From NCBI GenBank assembly GCA_964188305.1, contig OZ076893.1: a DNA stretch of 64,000 nucleotides. One strand, 5' to 3'. Each line of letters begins with the position of its first letter. Within the stretch, counting starts at the first letter, position 1. This document shows, one piece after another, positions 37,922 to 48,203 of this stretch. The translations under genes and the position numbers were made by a program. Source of the stretch: Podarcis bocagei. Its lineage: Eukaryota. The notes below the pieces were generated by a model. The model searched no databases. It had not been told where the DNA came from and worked only from the letters and a program-made list of their open reading frames with translations.

Positions 37922-40900
37922 TTGGGGAAGGTGTGGTTGGGGAATGTTCTGAGAGAGATGGAGGGTCGCAGCAAGGTATTGTTAAAACCTGAATGCAGCC
38001 ATTTTCTCTTAGGGTTATTTCTCCTACAGTTTTGCACTTGGGTATCAGCAGAAAATTCACACCAAACTTGCTGAACAGGAACGATGAGTGTTTTGCTCAG
38101 TGCTCTTTCAGGTGTTCAGAAACACAAACTGACCCTTTTTCTCCCTGCCAGCACACTGGTTTAGACGGGAGAGTATTGAATACACAGTACACATAATCCA
38201 CTCTGATCTGATCTGGCCCACATGAATTCTGTACAAGTAGATGAAAGACCTGGCACTTTAGAAGCCAGGTCGCTTTGAAAACAGACATGCTTACCTGCAT
38301 ATTCATTGCCAAACCAGTAATCTTTCATTGTTTCACTAAGGAAAACCAAACTAAAACAGAAGACAAGAAGTGCAACCTTGTGATGAGGCACATTTAACTC
38401 AAGGGACTAAAAGAGCTGGACAGAATCTGTCTGGAAACCTGCAGCATGGCTTTGAAACAGCCTGTGGAAATATTGCTGGTGAGAGAGCAAGTGAATCAGA
38501 TTCAACACAGTACAGTGCAGAAGAAAAGGTTCTGTTAGCCGGACATACTAGACACTGCCATTACTGTTCTGCAGGCAAGCTTCAATGGACTCAAGTGCAA
38601 CCAAGGATGTGCCCTCTCACCTCTCCTCCGGCAGGACCAGGAGGAAGACTTCTGCAAAGTTTAGTTCTGCTTTCAAAGAATCTCATCTTAGCATTAGGTA
38701 CAAATGAGATATCCTGGTGTAACACAGTTGCCAAATCTGAAGCTGCCACTGTTAAACCATTAGTCATTTTAAGCCAGGAGTCCTGTTCTTTTACAGAATG
38801 CGAAGCCAAGATTCCTCGAAAGCTAAACTCAACTTGGCAGAAGTCCTTCCCCTAGCTACACAAGAAGCGGACAGGCACAGGCCCAACACTTCACTCTGAG
38901 CTCGTTAAGGCTCAGCCACTCAATCAGGGTTTAGTACAGGGCCAGTGATGCCATATTATAAAACTATTTATACGGCATCTTTCTGAGGTTTTTTTTTACT
39001 TGCAATCCTTACGACTATTCCTACACGTACAGACAAACCCAAAGCCACCAGATATCAAGGAGATAAAGAACTACACAACATTGTATCTGAAGAAGTGTGC
39101 ATGCACACGAAAGCTCATACCAAGAACTAACTTAGTTGGTCTTTAAGGTGCTACTGGAAGGAATTTTTTTATTACAACATTTAGAAGACATCTGAAGGCA
39201 GCCCTGTATCAGGAGGTTTTTAATGCTTGACGTTTTACTATGCTTTTATATGTGATGGAAACTGCCCAGAGTGGCCAGGGAAACCCAGCCAGGTGGACAG
39301 GGTATAAATAATAAAATTATTAATAATAATTAACAACACATCATAGTAAAAAGGGGGCAGAAAGGAGTGAAGCAGATTAACTTGACTAAATACTGGCTTT
39401 GACCTGTAAAGCCTTAAATGGTTCAGGACCACAATAGCTCAAGAACCGCCTCTCTCCATATGAACCAACCCAGACCCTGTGATCATCACCTGAGGCCCTT
39501 CTTTGTGTGCTCCCTCCACAAGAGGACCACTACACGAGAACGGGCCTTTTCTGCGGTGACTCCCCCAGGGGAGGCTCATTTGGCGCTGCCAGGCGAAAAT
39601 ATTACCCTTCGGCTGATTAAACAATCTATGGCCTTTTGAATGTGTTTGTGGGAGGGTTCTGTTTTTTATTATATATTTTGTGTTCTTGTTTTGTATTTTT
39701 ACGTTATGAACCGCCCTGTGATAATAATAATAATAATTTATTATTTATACCCCGCCCATCTGGCTGAGTTTCCCCAGCCACTCTGGGTGGCTCCCAATCA
39801 GTGTTAAAAACAGTACAGCGTTACATATTAAAAACTTCCCTAAACAGGGCTGCCTTAAGATGTCTTCTGAATGACAGGTAATTATTTATCTCTTTGACAT
39901 CTGATGGGATGTCCCACAGGGCGGGCGCCACTACCGAGAAGGTCCTCTGTCTGGTTCCCTGTAACCTCACTTCTCACAATGAGGGAACCGCCAGAAGGCC
40001 CTCAGCGCTGGATCTCAGTGTCCAGGCTGAACGATGGGGGTGGAGACTCTCCTTCAGGTATACTGGGCTGAGGCCGTTTAGGGCTTTAAAGGTCAGCACC
40101 AACACTTTGAATCGTGCTCGGAAACGTACTGGGAGCCAATGCAGATCTCTCAGAACCGGTGTTATGTGGTCCCGGCGGCCACTCCCAGTCACCAGTCTAG
40201 CTGCCGCATTCTGGATTAATTGCAGTTTCCGGGTCACCTTCAAAGGTAGCCCCACGTAGAGCGCATTGCAGTAGTCCAAGCGGGAGATAACCAGAGCATG
40301 CACCACTCTGGCGAGACAGTTCGCGGGCAGGTGGGGTCTTAGCCTGCGTACCAGGTGGAGCTGGTAGACAGCTGCCCTGGACACAGAGTTAACCTGCGCC
40401 TCCATGGACAGCTGTGAGTCCAAAATGACTCCCAGGCTGTGCACACCAACCCGCTCCCTGTCCCCCAAAAACAGTACTTCTGTCTTGTCAGGATTCAACC
40501 TCAATCTTCAGAGGTTGATCTTCAGATGAAGGGCGTTATACAAATTTAATAAATACTACTACAACTACTAAGGCCATGCAGTGGATGTGTGACTGAACAC
40601 AGGTGAGGACCACACACCAGACTCCCACCCCTCTGCAGAACTCAAACATGCCAAAATGTTGCTGTAGCAAATAAAAAAAGGATACAACTATGCAGATCCA
40701 ATTAAAGAGAAGCATGAACATATAGTCGGCAGGTCTTCCATCGAAAGCGCCTGTGAACAAAAGAGTGGCGTTAGAGCGAGCTGAAACCTTGGCAGTTGTT
40801 TTTTTTAATAAAATATTTATTAAATATTTTTTTTGAAATATAACAGTAAAAATGAAAAAGAAAAAAGAAAAATACAAAATAAAAACAGTTAAAAACATAC

Positions 40901-43900
40901 ATTTTTCCTTTTACTTATTTTCTTTTAACTTATTTCCCGGACCTTCTCATACCTCCCTTTTTTGCATTCCACTTAATTTATTGGTTCAGCAAATCCTTAC
41001 CATTAGATTTTAACCCATTTATAACCCTTTTTTCATATTCCCTTAAATCATTACAGCTGGAAACCCCTTAGTTGCTATCCAACATCATTCTATCATTCAT
41101 TAATTTTACAATATTTCTGTAGATAGTCTTTAAATTTCTTCCAGTCTTCTTCCTTGGCAGTTGTTTTGCATTGTTCCCCCCAGAGACACTGGGTGGATCT
41201 TAAGGGCTATGATTATATTGCATGACACAATTGCGGCTTTCGTTCAGAGGAAGAAACGAGAGGCTGATCCGTTTCAGGAGCCCGCAGGAAGAGTCAGGGG
41301 AGGTTTTTCTTCCACTTAAGAAATACTTGGGGGGGAACTGGCTGTTTTAATAGACACGAAATATCTCATCTCCACATTTAGGAAGAGGAAAGCCTCTTTA
41401 TTCAATATGGGTACCAGCTTTGTATCTAGCACTATTTTTCTGCAAAAAATACAGGAAACAAAGCTGCAGTGCATCCTTGAGGTACAGTCATACCTTGGAA
41501 GTCAAACGGAATCCATTCGACTTCCAAAACGTTCAAAAACCAAATCGAGGCTTCCGGTTGGCTGCAGGAAGCTCCTGCAGCCAATTGGAAGCCATGGAAG
41601 CCCCGTCATGACATTTCGCTTCCAAAAGAACGCTAAAAAGCAATCACTTCCGGGTTTGCGGCGTTCGGGAGCCAAAGCTCCAGGGCGTTCGGAATCCAAG
41701 GTATGACTGTACCAGTGAATTCAAACCACATAGGAATAGGACAGCAGCCTCAAAACAGGACCTTGATTCAAAATAACCAGCCTCCATTTTCCTCTCATTC
41801 CCAAAACCCTCACAGGACAAGTGTCTGAGCATGCCCCCAAGACTAGCATTGCGCACACACACACACACACTTGAATTTTCATTAACCTCCCATGGGTCCA
41901 GACTATCATGGGTACTCTGCCCAGGAACCTCTCCCACTAGAGGGGAGAGGCTGTTTTCACAAATTCTGCCTGCAGCCTCGTGCCCCTCAGAAAGCTGCTC
42001 CAGAAGGTGACAGCTAGGAGGCAGTGCTAAGGGCTACACAAAGAATGGGTGGAAGTTTGGATGCAACCCTGCGAGTTCTGCATCTTAGCAAGATTAGATT
42101 CTCACAGCTCCATTGACAGAGCCCCTGCCTTGTATGCATAGGGTCACAGATTCAATGTCTGGCATCTCCGGGTAGGGCTGGGAGAGTCCCTCTGTTTTAA
42201 ATCCTGGACAGCCACTGCCAGTCAGTGCAGACAGCTTGATGGACCAAGGCCTTGTCTCAGTATAGGGCAGCTTCTTATGTTCTTCTATATGCATCCGAAT
42301 TAGCATCTATCTCCACAAGATGGGCCCAGAAGGTTATAAAAGAAAATGGAAAGTAACTAGTGCCACTGAATGTGAAAACTAAATAGTATGTTATATATTC
42401 GATGTTACATTACCTGTTTCTAATCGTGATGAATACTGATACAAAAAATATAAGTTCACCAGGTAAAGAAACCCCGTTCCTGGGCCGACCGGAAAATAGA
42501 AGGTTGCTGTGATTGGCCTCCAGATCTGTTCAAACGTTTTAAAGAGAGAGTATGAATTCAGAGGTTTATTACAGTGAAACAACCGAGAGTCTTGTGGCAC
42601 CTTAACTACTGACAAATTTATTATGGCATAAGCTTAGCAACTCCACATGATGCATGGTATGTAAGCCTCACTTGACTAGCAGATGGGAGAGAAATGTAGC
42701 GGGGTGAAGTCAGAGTAACAATCATTTAAGACAAGAGCTTTCCAAACTGTGTGCTGCAACATGTTAGTATGTCGGCTGCAGTTTGTACATGTGTTGTGCC
42801 AATGCTCCCCATGCTCCTCCTGGGGCTGGAAAGGGGTTAGTTAAACCTCCAGCTTGCTTGTAAAACTGAATTACTGTGTTGCAAAATGATGCACATCGAA
42901 AAAGTATGTCAGCGAGATGAAAAGTTTGGAAAGCTCTGATCCAAGAGCATGACAGTACACAAGTAACTTCCCCTTGGAGGAGCCAAATTTATACATGCTA
43001 TAGAAATGAAGTACAGTGGTACCTCGGGTTACATACGCTTCAGGTTACAGACTCCGCTAACCCAGAAATATTACCTCGGGTTAAGAACTTTGCTTCAGGA
43101 TGAGAACAGAAATCGTGCAGTGGCAGCACAGCGGCAGCAGGAGGCCCCATTAGCTAAAGTGGTGCTTCAGGTTAAGAACAGTTTCAGGTTAAGAACAGAC
43201 CTCCAGAACGAATTAAGTTCTTAACCCGAGGCACCACTGTAATGTATTTCTATAAGGGTGGTTTATTTCATATATATAACAGCATTTAAATAACACTTAA
43301 TATTTCAAAAATCTCCAAGCAGTAGGTGGCTACGTCCCCAGTGCTATATTGTAGGACTTGCACAAGCATCGCCTGTCTTTACACAAAAAATAGAGCACAT
43401 TCCACCTGTTCTAGCAAACTCCCTGCCTATGTCATTTCCAGCCCTGCTAACTCTGAGTAGCAGCAGCCACAAAAAATAGCCTTGCCACAAGGGGCTGATC
43501 ATGCTTGCATTTCTGACACAGAAAGAAGTCATCCACTTACAGTGAGGGGGGAAAGTATTTGATCTCCTGCTAAATTTGCCCGTTTGCCCTCTGACGAAGA
43601 AATGACCAGTCCATAATTTTAATGGTAGGTTTATTGTAGCTGTGGGAGACCGAATAACAACAGGAAAACCCCCAGAAACCCAGAAGACAAAAGTCAGAGA
43701 TTGATGTGCATTATAATGAGTGAAAAAAGTATTTGATCCCTTTGCAAAAGATGACTTAGTACTTGGTGGCAAAGCCCTTGTTGGCAATTACAGAGGTCAG
43801 ACGTTTCTTGTAGGTCGCCACCAGGTTTCCACACGTCTCAGGAGGTATTTTGTCCCACTCCTCTTTGCAGATCCTCTCCAAGTGAGTAAGATTTTGAGGC

Positions 43901-46900
43901 TGATGTGTAGCTACTCGAACATTCAGCTCCCTCTACAGATTTTCGATGGGATTAAGATCTGGAGACTGGCTAGGCCACTCCAGGAGCTTAATGTGCTTCT
44001 TCTTCCCATCCTCGACCCATTTTCAATGCTCTGGCTGAGGGAAGGAGGTGCTCACCCAAAATTTGACGATACATGGTCCCGTCCATTGTCCCTTCGATGC
44101 GGTGAAGGTGTCCTGTCCCCTTAGCAGAAAAACACCCCCAAAACATAATATGTGCCCCTCCATGTTTGACGGTGGGGGTGGTGTTCTTGGTGTCGTAGGT
44201 AGCATTCCTCCTCCTCCAAACACAGCGAGTTGAGTTGACGCCAAAGAGCTCGATTTTGGTCTCATCTGACCATAACACTTTCACCCAGTTCTCCTCTGGG
44301 TGATTCAGATGTGCATTGGCAAACTGCAGACGGGCCTGTACATGCGCTGTCTTGAGCAAGGGGACCTTGCGGGCTCTGCAAAATCTCAGTCCTTCACAGC
44401 TTAGAGTGTTACCAACTGTTTTCATGGTGAGTATGGTCCCAGCTGCCCTGAGATCATTGACAAGTTCCCCCTTGGACAGCTCTTGGTCATGGTGGCTACT
44501 TTGGAATCTGCTGGATTGATTGCTTCTGTCGACAGGTGTCTTTTGTACAGGTACTGTAACGAGCTGGGATTACAGGTAAGATCTCTCGCTTATAGCAGGT
44601 GCTTCTAATCTCAGCTCGTTACATACAGTGAAGATGCCAGGTAGCCTGACATCTGGCTGGTTGATAAGGGATCAAATACGTATTTCACTCATTATAATGC
44701 ACATCAATCTCTGACTTTTGTCCTCTGGGTGTTTTCCTGTTGTTATCCTGTCTATGACATTCCTTCTTTTGGATGCCTCTTTGAGCTCCTTCTCTTCTCA
44801 AGATCTTCCTGAGCATTTTGATCAGGGAGATGATAGCAGGTCCCCAGTACTAAATTATTCTTGGGGTCCAATATCACCACGTAACAATTCTGTGGTGGAG
44901 TCTGCCCCTTTTGGGATTTCAATCTCACGCGACTCTGTGTCCTCTTTGACATGCAGAGGGACACCACCTCCAGAACACCCTTCTCTGTCCTTCCTATAGA
45001 GTCCAGATGCGGAGACAACGGTGTGCTACCATTGCCCACTATGCCCAATACATCTATTCTCTCTTTTAAAACCAAGCATTCCAGCGCATCCATTCTGGCT
45101 TGGAGGCTTCTATAATTAACAAATGAACGTCTATTCATGATCTTTGTTTCCAAACGTATCTGGCACATGCATTTTATCCTACTTTACTTTGGCCTCTTTG
45201 AATTCCTATAATGTCCCCCTTGCACGATACAACATGTTCATCCTCGCATATTCCAAACCAGATGTTCCTCCGGTGACCAACTTAAAAGCTGCTCTGTTAC
45301 TATGCTAATTTTAAGAACCAAGTTCTTCCCTGGTTCAATGAAGCCTGTCCCTTTCATAGAAGCCTAGAGAGTTCTATAATGTTTCCTCAGTGCCTAACAA
45401 ATCCAGATTCTTGTCTCACAAACACATTGAGAATGTTTAGCTGGCCATGTATGTAGGGTGGGTAACATTTCAGAGAACACCACCTTGAAGGTGTTCTGTT
45501 TATGGCTGCTTTAAGATGGCGATCCTGTAAGCCTAGCAAGGGCCAGATGGAAACCTATTCTGCCCTGGCCTCCTCACCCTATTAATGGAACTGTTACCTT
45601 GACATTTCAATACTAGGGCAAAGGGACTTTGTTAGCCCAGGCTCCCCCTCACTTGTAGAGCAAGCGCTACGCCCATGAACAAGCATCACATGCCTGCTTT
45701 ACTCCTACCATCTTGGAAGCAAAAAACAATAACCTAACAAACAAACCAACAAACCAACAAACAAACAAACCAGAAAGCCTTCCGTCATAGTTCCTTATTA
45801 TATCCAAACTAGAAAATGATTAAGCATAATGGTTTCTGATCAAACCAAGATGCTGACACTAAACTCTTGGCTTCATATACTGTATTGTTCACTCATCTGC
45901 ACAAAAAAGGGGGTAAAGTGGCTGCACACAAAGTACAGTGGTACCTCGGGTTAAGTACTTAATTTGTTCCGGAGGTCCGTTCTTAAACTGAAACTGTTCT
46001 TAACGTGAAGCACCACTTTAGCTAATGGGCCCTCCTGCTGCCGCCGCACTGCCACTGCACAATTTCTGTTCTCATCCTGAATCAAATTCTTAACCCAAGG
46101 TACTATTTCTGAGTTAGCGGAGTCTGTAACCTGAAGCGTATGTAACCCGATGTACCACTGTAACAATGTTTGATTTTGAGTTATTGATGATGTTCAAGCT
46201 TCCAGATGCGGCGAATGAGTTTCAGGACTTACTGTGGGAATTTGAACCCATGATGGTAAAGACCTAAACATTCCCCACTAAACCGTGGTAGTGTGCTTTG
46301 CTTTCAGAAAAGAGGCAGGAACTCCTGGGCTCAAAACAATGCACCTTTTCACAGCTCCTCACCCATTCCCGTTTAAGAAGGGAGGAAGCAAACGAATGAA
46401 GAAACCCCTTACAAGTGGTGTCCCATCCCCGCAACAAGTGGCCATGACAAAGCACTGACACTTCCCGCGTGGCTCCCTCGGGTGGCACAAGGGGTCAGTG
46501 CGCCTGACTGTCAACCAGAAAGTCGCTGGTTCGAGGCCACCCAGGGACGGCGGTAGGCAGCTGTCCTGCATCGCTGGGAGGGGGCTGGGCTTGATGAGCC
46601 CTGGGGATCCCCTTCCAACTCCCTGCGATCCATTGACAACCAGCGCTGCCGAGCCCCACGCCGTCTCCCAACAACTACAACTCCCGGCATGCACAGCGCC
46701 GCGCCGCGGGTGATTCTTAAGCGCCAGGCTCGCGCCGAGCATGCCGGGAGTTGCAGTCCGCCCACTCGCTTACCTGGAAGCGGTTGATGAAGGCCTCGGG
46801 CCACAGGAAGAGGTAGAAGGGGCTGATGAGGCCTAGCTTGCCGACGAGGGGGACCGCGATGGCGCCGGCGAACCAGTAACGGGTGATGAGCGGGATGCTC

Positions 46901-46926
46901 CGGAACCATTCCCCGAGGTCCGACAT
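31212..46926 (-). CDS. DERL1: Derlin-1 (ERAD rhomboid pseudoprotease), 8 coding exons, 251 aa
   Basis: complement(join(31212..31350,32607..32717,33594..33646,35065..35160,38295..38321,40686..40750,42414..42525,46774..46926)) = 756 nt, in frame; [12 protein letters not shown]... to ...[13 protein letters not shown] (SHP box). Confidence 0.96.
31681..31882 (-). mobile_element. Sauria SINE, internally deleted
   Basis: 5' half retained; TSD TATT(A/G)ATACATTAA; lies in DERL1 intron 7. Confidence 0.8.
32607..32717 (-). CDS. DERL1: DERL1 exon 7 ([17 protein letters not shown]...STPQF)
   Basis: 111 nt, AG/GT, GxxxG motif. Confidence 0.94.
32830..33082 (-). mobile_element. tRNA-derived SINE (MIR/Squam2-like) with a (CCT)n tail
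   Basis: A/B-box head at the 33080 end; an older copy lies near 8820-9005. Confidence 0.6.
33594..33646 (-). CDS. DERL1: DERL1 exon 6 ([17 protein letters not shown])
   Basis: 53 nt, AG/GT. Confidence 0.94.
33920..34315 (-). mobile_element. L2-clade LINE 3' fragment
   Basis: [16 protein letters not shown]...[10 protein letters not shown]. Confidence 0.8.
35065..35160 (-). CDS. DERL1: DERL1 exon 5 ([20 protein letters not shown]...GTRFK)
   Basis: 96 nt, AG/GT. Confidence 0.94.
36333..36366. repeat. (AC)n microsatellite
   Basis: Direct reading. Confidence 0.95.
37213..37624. mobile_element. Tigger-type MITE with several internal GC-rich hairpins
   Basis: TIR CAGTGGTGCCTCGCAAGACGAA / TTCGTCTTGCGGGGCACCACTG, TA TSD. 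Confidence 0.8.
37887..37921. repeat. (GACA)n microsatellite
   Basis: Direct reading. Confidence 0.95.
38295..38321 (-). CDS. DERL1: DERL1 exon 4, 27-nt microexon (ITGLAMNMQ)
   Basis: AAAG|ATT...CAG|GTAAGC; fills the expected gap in Derlin-1. Confidence 0.9.
39083..39120 (+). ncRNA. Minimal type I hammerhead ribozyme motif (PLE-type) within a pLTR relic at about 39040-39175
   Basis: GUAU-CUGAAGA-A-GUGUG(CAUG)CACAC-GAA-AGCU-C-AUAC; predicted cleavage after C39116. Confidence 0.65.
39720..40506 (-). mobile_element. L2-clade LINE 3' fragment with (TTA)n tail; inverted partial copies at about 39176-39345 and 39400-39720
   Basis: [35 protein letters not shown]. Confidence 0.85.
40686..40750 (-). 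CDS. DERL1: DERL1 exon 3 ([21 protein letters not shown])
   Basis: 65 nt; followed by U12-type donor GTATCCTTT. Confidence 0.93.
40803..41151 (-). mobile_element. 5'-truncated L1-like 3' end with a 16-bp TSD
   Basis: TSD CCTTGGCAGTTGTTTT (40787-40802/41152-41167); [14 protein letters not shown]; AATAAA and A-tail. Confidence 0.75.
41485..41709. mobile_element. Tigger-type MITE; inverted relative at 62278-62513, partial copy from 63721
   Basis: TA|CAGTCATACCTTGGA...TCCAAGGTATGACTG|TA. Confidence 0.75.
42105..42285 (+). mobile_element. tRNA-derived SINE (Squam3-like); related copies at about 7050-7215 (+) and 53240-53370 (-)
   Basis: Head ...tgcatagggtcacagattcaat...ggcatctcc..gtagggctggga; tail gcagcttcttatgttc. 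Confidence 0.55.
42414..42525 (-). CDS. DERL1: DERL1 exon 2 ([11 protein letters not shown]...SRLETG)
   Basis: AG/GT boundaries, 112 nt, WR motif. Confidence 0.95.
42732..42938. mobile_element. hAT-type MITE
   Basis: AGAGCTTTCCAAAC / GTTTGGAAAGCTCT terminal inverted repeats. Confidence 0.65.
43014..43239. mobile_element. MITE M1
   Basis: Same TIRs, TA TSD. Confidence 0.85.
43540..44753 (-). mobile_element. Defective Tc1-family DNA transposon (IR/DR type)
   Basis: TA|CAGTG end; about 200-bp TIR with internal direct repeat AAAGTATTTGATC; partial second TIR at 44668-44753; transposase motifs [36 protein letters not shown]; internal deletions. Confidence 0.9.
44755..45500 (-). mobile_element. 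Degraded CR1 LINE fragment (ORF1 end and ORF2 endonuclease start)
   Basis: [36 protein letters not shown]-like motifs. Confidence 0.65.
45936..46160. mobile_element. MITE M1
   Basis: Same TIRs, TA TSD. Confidence 0.85.
46472..46630 (+). mobile_element. tRNA-Asn-like SINE with a CR1-like tail
   Basis: ctgtcaacc...gctggttcgaggccacccagggacg resembles tRNA-Asn; then gggggctgggcttgatga...cccttccaactc resembles the CR1 3' end. Confidence 0.5.
46774..46926 (-). CDS. DERL1: DERL1 exon 1 ([12 protein letters not shown]...FINRFQ)
   Basis: ATG in a CpG island; donor CAG|GTAAGC. Confidence 0.95.
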
Positions 46927-47419
46927 CTCCCCTCCGCCGCCGGTCTAGCCGCTGCGAGGCCTGGGCGTCTGGGGCCTTCCGCTGCCCGACGCGCTCGCCG
47001 GAGCTGCTCCTATGACAGCCAAGCCGCGGGAGGTGGGGCGGTGGGAGGGGCCCGCCTTCCTCCGACGTGGCCGCGCCGAATTCGGCCGAGCAACGGCCGC
47101 TTCCGGTTTCCGCCTTTTCCTCTCTCTGAGGAGGGGCGGGGCGGAAGGAGCGTCGCCGGAAGTTCCGGCTCTTAAAGGGACAGCGGGCGCCGTTTCTCAC
47201 CCCTGTTTACCAATACACGTGGGAGCGTGTTGGGAAATATAGAAACGCGGAAGTAAACATACAGAGGCTTGAATTTGCTTTTTTAACTGTTTATCCTGAT
47301 CCCAAGTCATCCCTGTTTGCTGCAAGCCGCGGCACGAATGTTCAATAAGTGCGCTTTATTTAAATGCCAATTTCAAGCATATACTATCCCAGACTGGCTT
47401 ACTAGTATCGGAGGGAACA

Positions 47420-47600
47420 AAATAAAATAATTAAAATAAAATAAAATAATTCCTTCCAGTAGCACCTTAGAGACCAACTAAGATAGTTATTAGTATGAAC
47501 TTTCGTGTGCATGCTACTGAAAGGAATTTTTTATTTTATTATTTTATTTTTATTTTGTTTGGACTACGGCAGACCAACAGGGCTATCTACCTGTAACTAT
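47420..47600. mobile_element. Penelope-like pLTR relic, hammerhead core deleted
   Basis: Shares ttccttccagtagcacctta...gaccaactaag and ggcagaccaaca...ctgta with the 25.8-kb copy. Confidence 0.6.
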
Positions 47601-48203
47601 TATCAGTGTGACACTTTAGTTGTAGTGCATTAGTTTTTCTCTCTTCTCTAAACCGATCTGGGTGAATATAAATATTTAAAACATTGGCGTGTGTATATAC
47701 ACACACACTTTTTGAAATATGGCAACCCTAGATTTGCGGTTAAGTGTCATATATATATTTCAGAGCTTACATGACACTTAACCACAAATCTAGGGTTGCC
47801 ATATTTCAAAAAGTGTAATTACTGACTCCCGCAGAGTTGAGCTTTTTTTTAAGGAAACCACCAACGTTGTTGAGCTTTTTGGGGGAAACCTCAGCTACAA
47901 ATACAGTACTGTAGTTTGGAGCTGTTTCCGCTGCTTTTTCCACCACATTGTAATACATCTGGGTTTTCCCTGACATTTTTCCGATTCTGCAACATTTCCC
48001 AAACCCCATTTTTACATCCGAAAGCCATGATACCGGAAAAATCCGAGGGCTCCCTTGGACAAAAACAAAGACACCAACCAGGATAACTTGGAGCAAAACA
48101 GCAGCCTGTAGGCTTGGCCTTTATTGAACTGTTGCAACAGGGTGTTCCCCTCACTTGCAGGAGAGAGGAAAGACCCAGAAAGATGGTGTGCAAGACCTTA
48201 TAA

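Larger units (their letters stand above)
46460..47260 (-). promoter_or_regulatory. DERL1 CpG-island promoter and first exon
   Basis: Very GC/CpG rich; GC box GGGGCGGGG about 47132; ETS CCGGAAGT about 47156; GACGTGG (UPRE/XBP1-like) about 47064; CACGTG about 47216; two ZNF143-type motifs in intron 1. Confidence 0.75.

Noticed and set aside
46472-46548. Possible functional tRNA-Asn gene
   Set aside because: Anticodon and stems are degenerate and it is followed by a CR1-like tail, so it is treated as a SINE
46511-47200. 229-aa Arg/Pro-rich ORF over the DERL1 promoter
   Set aside because: Stop-poor CpG-island artefact overlapping DERL1 exon 1 in another frame
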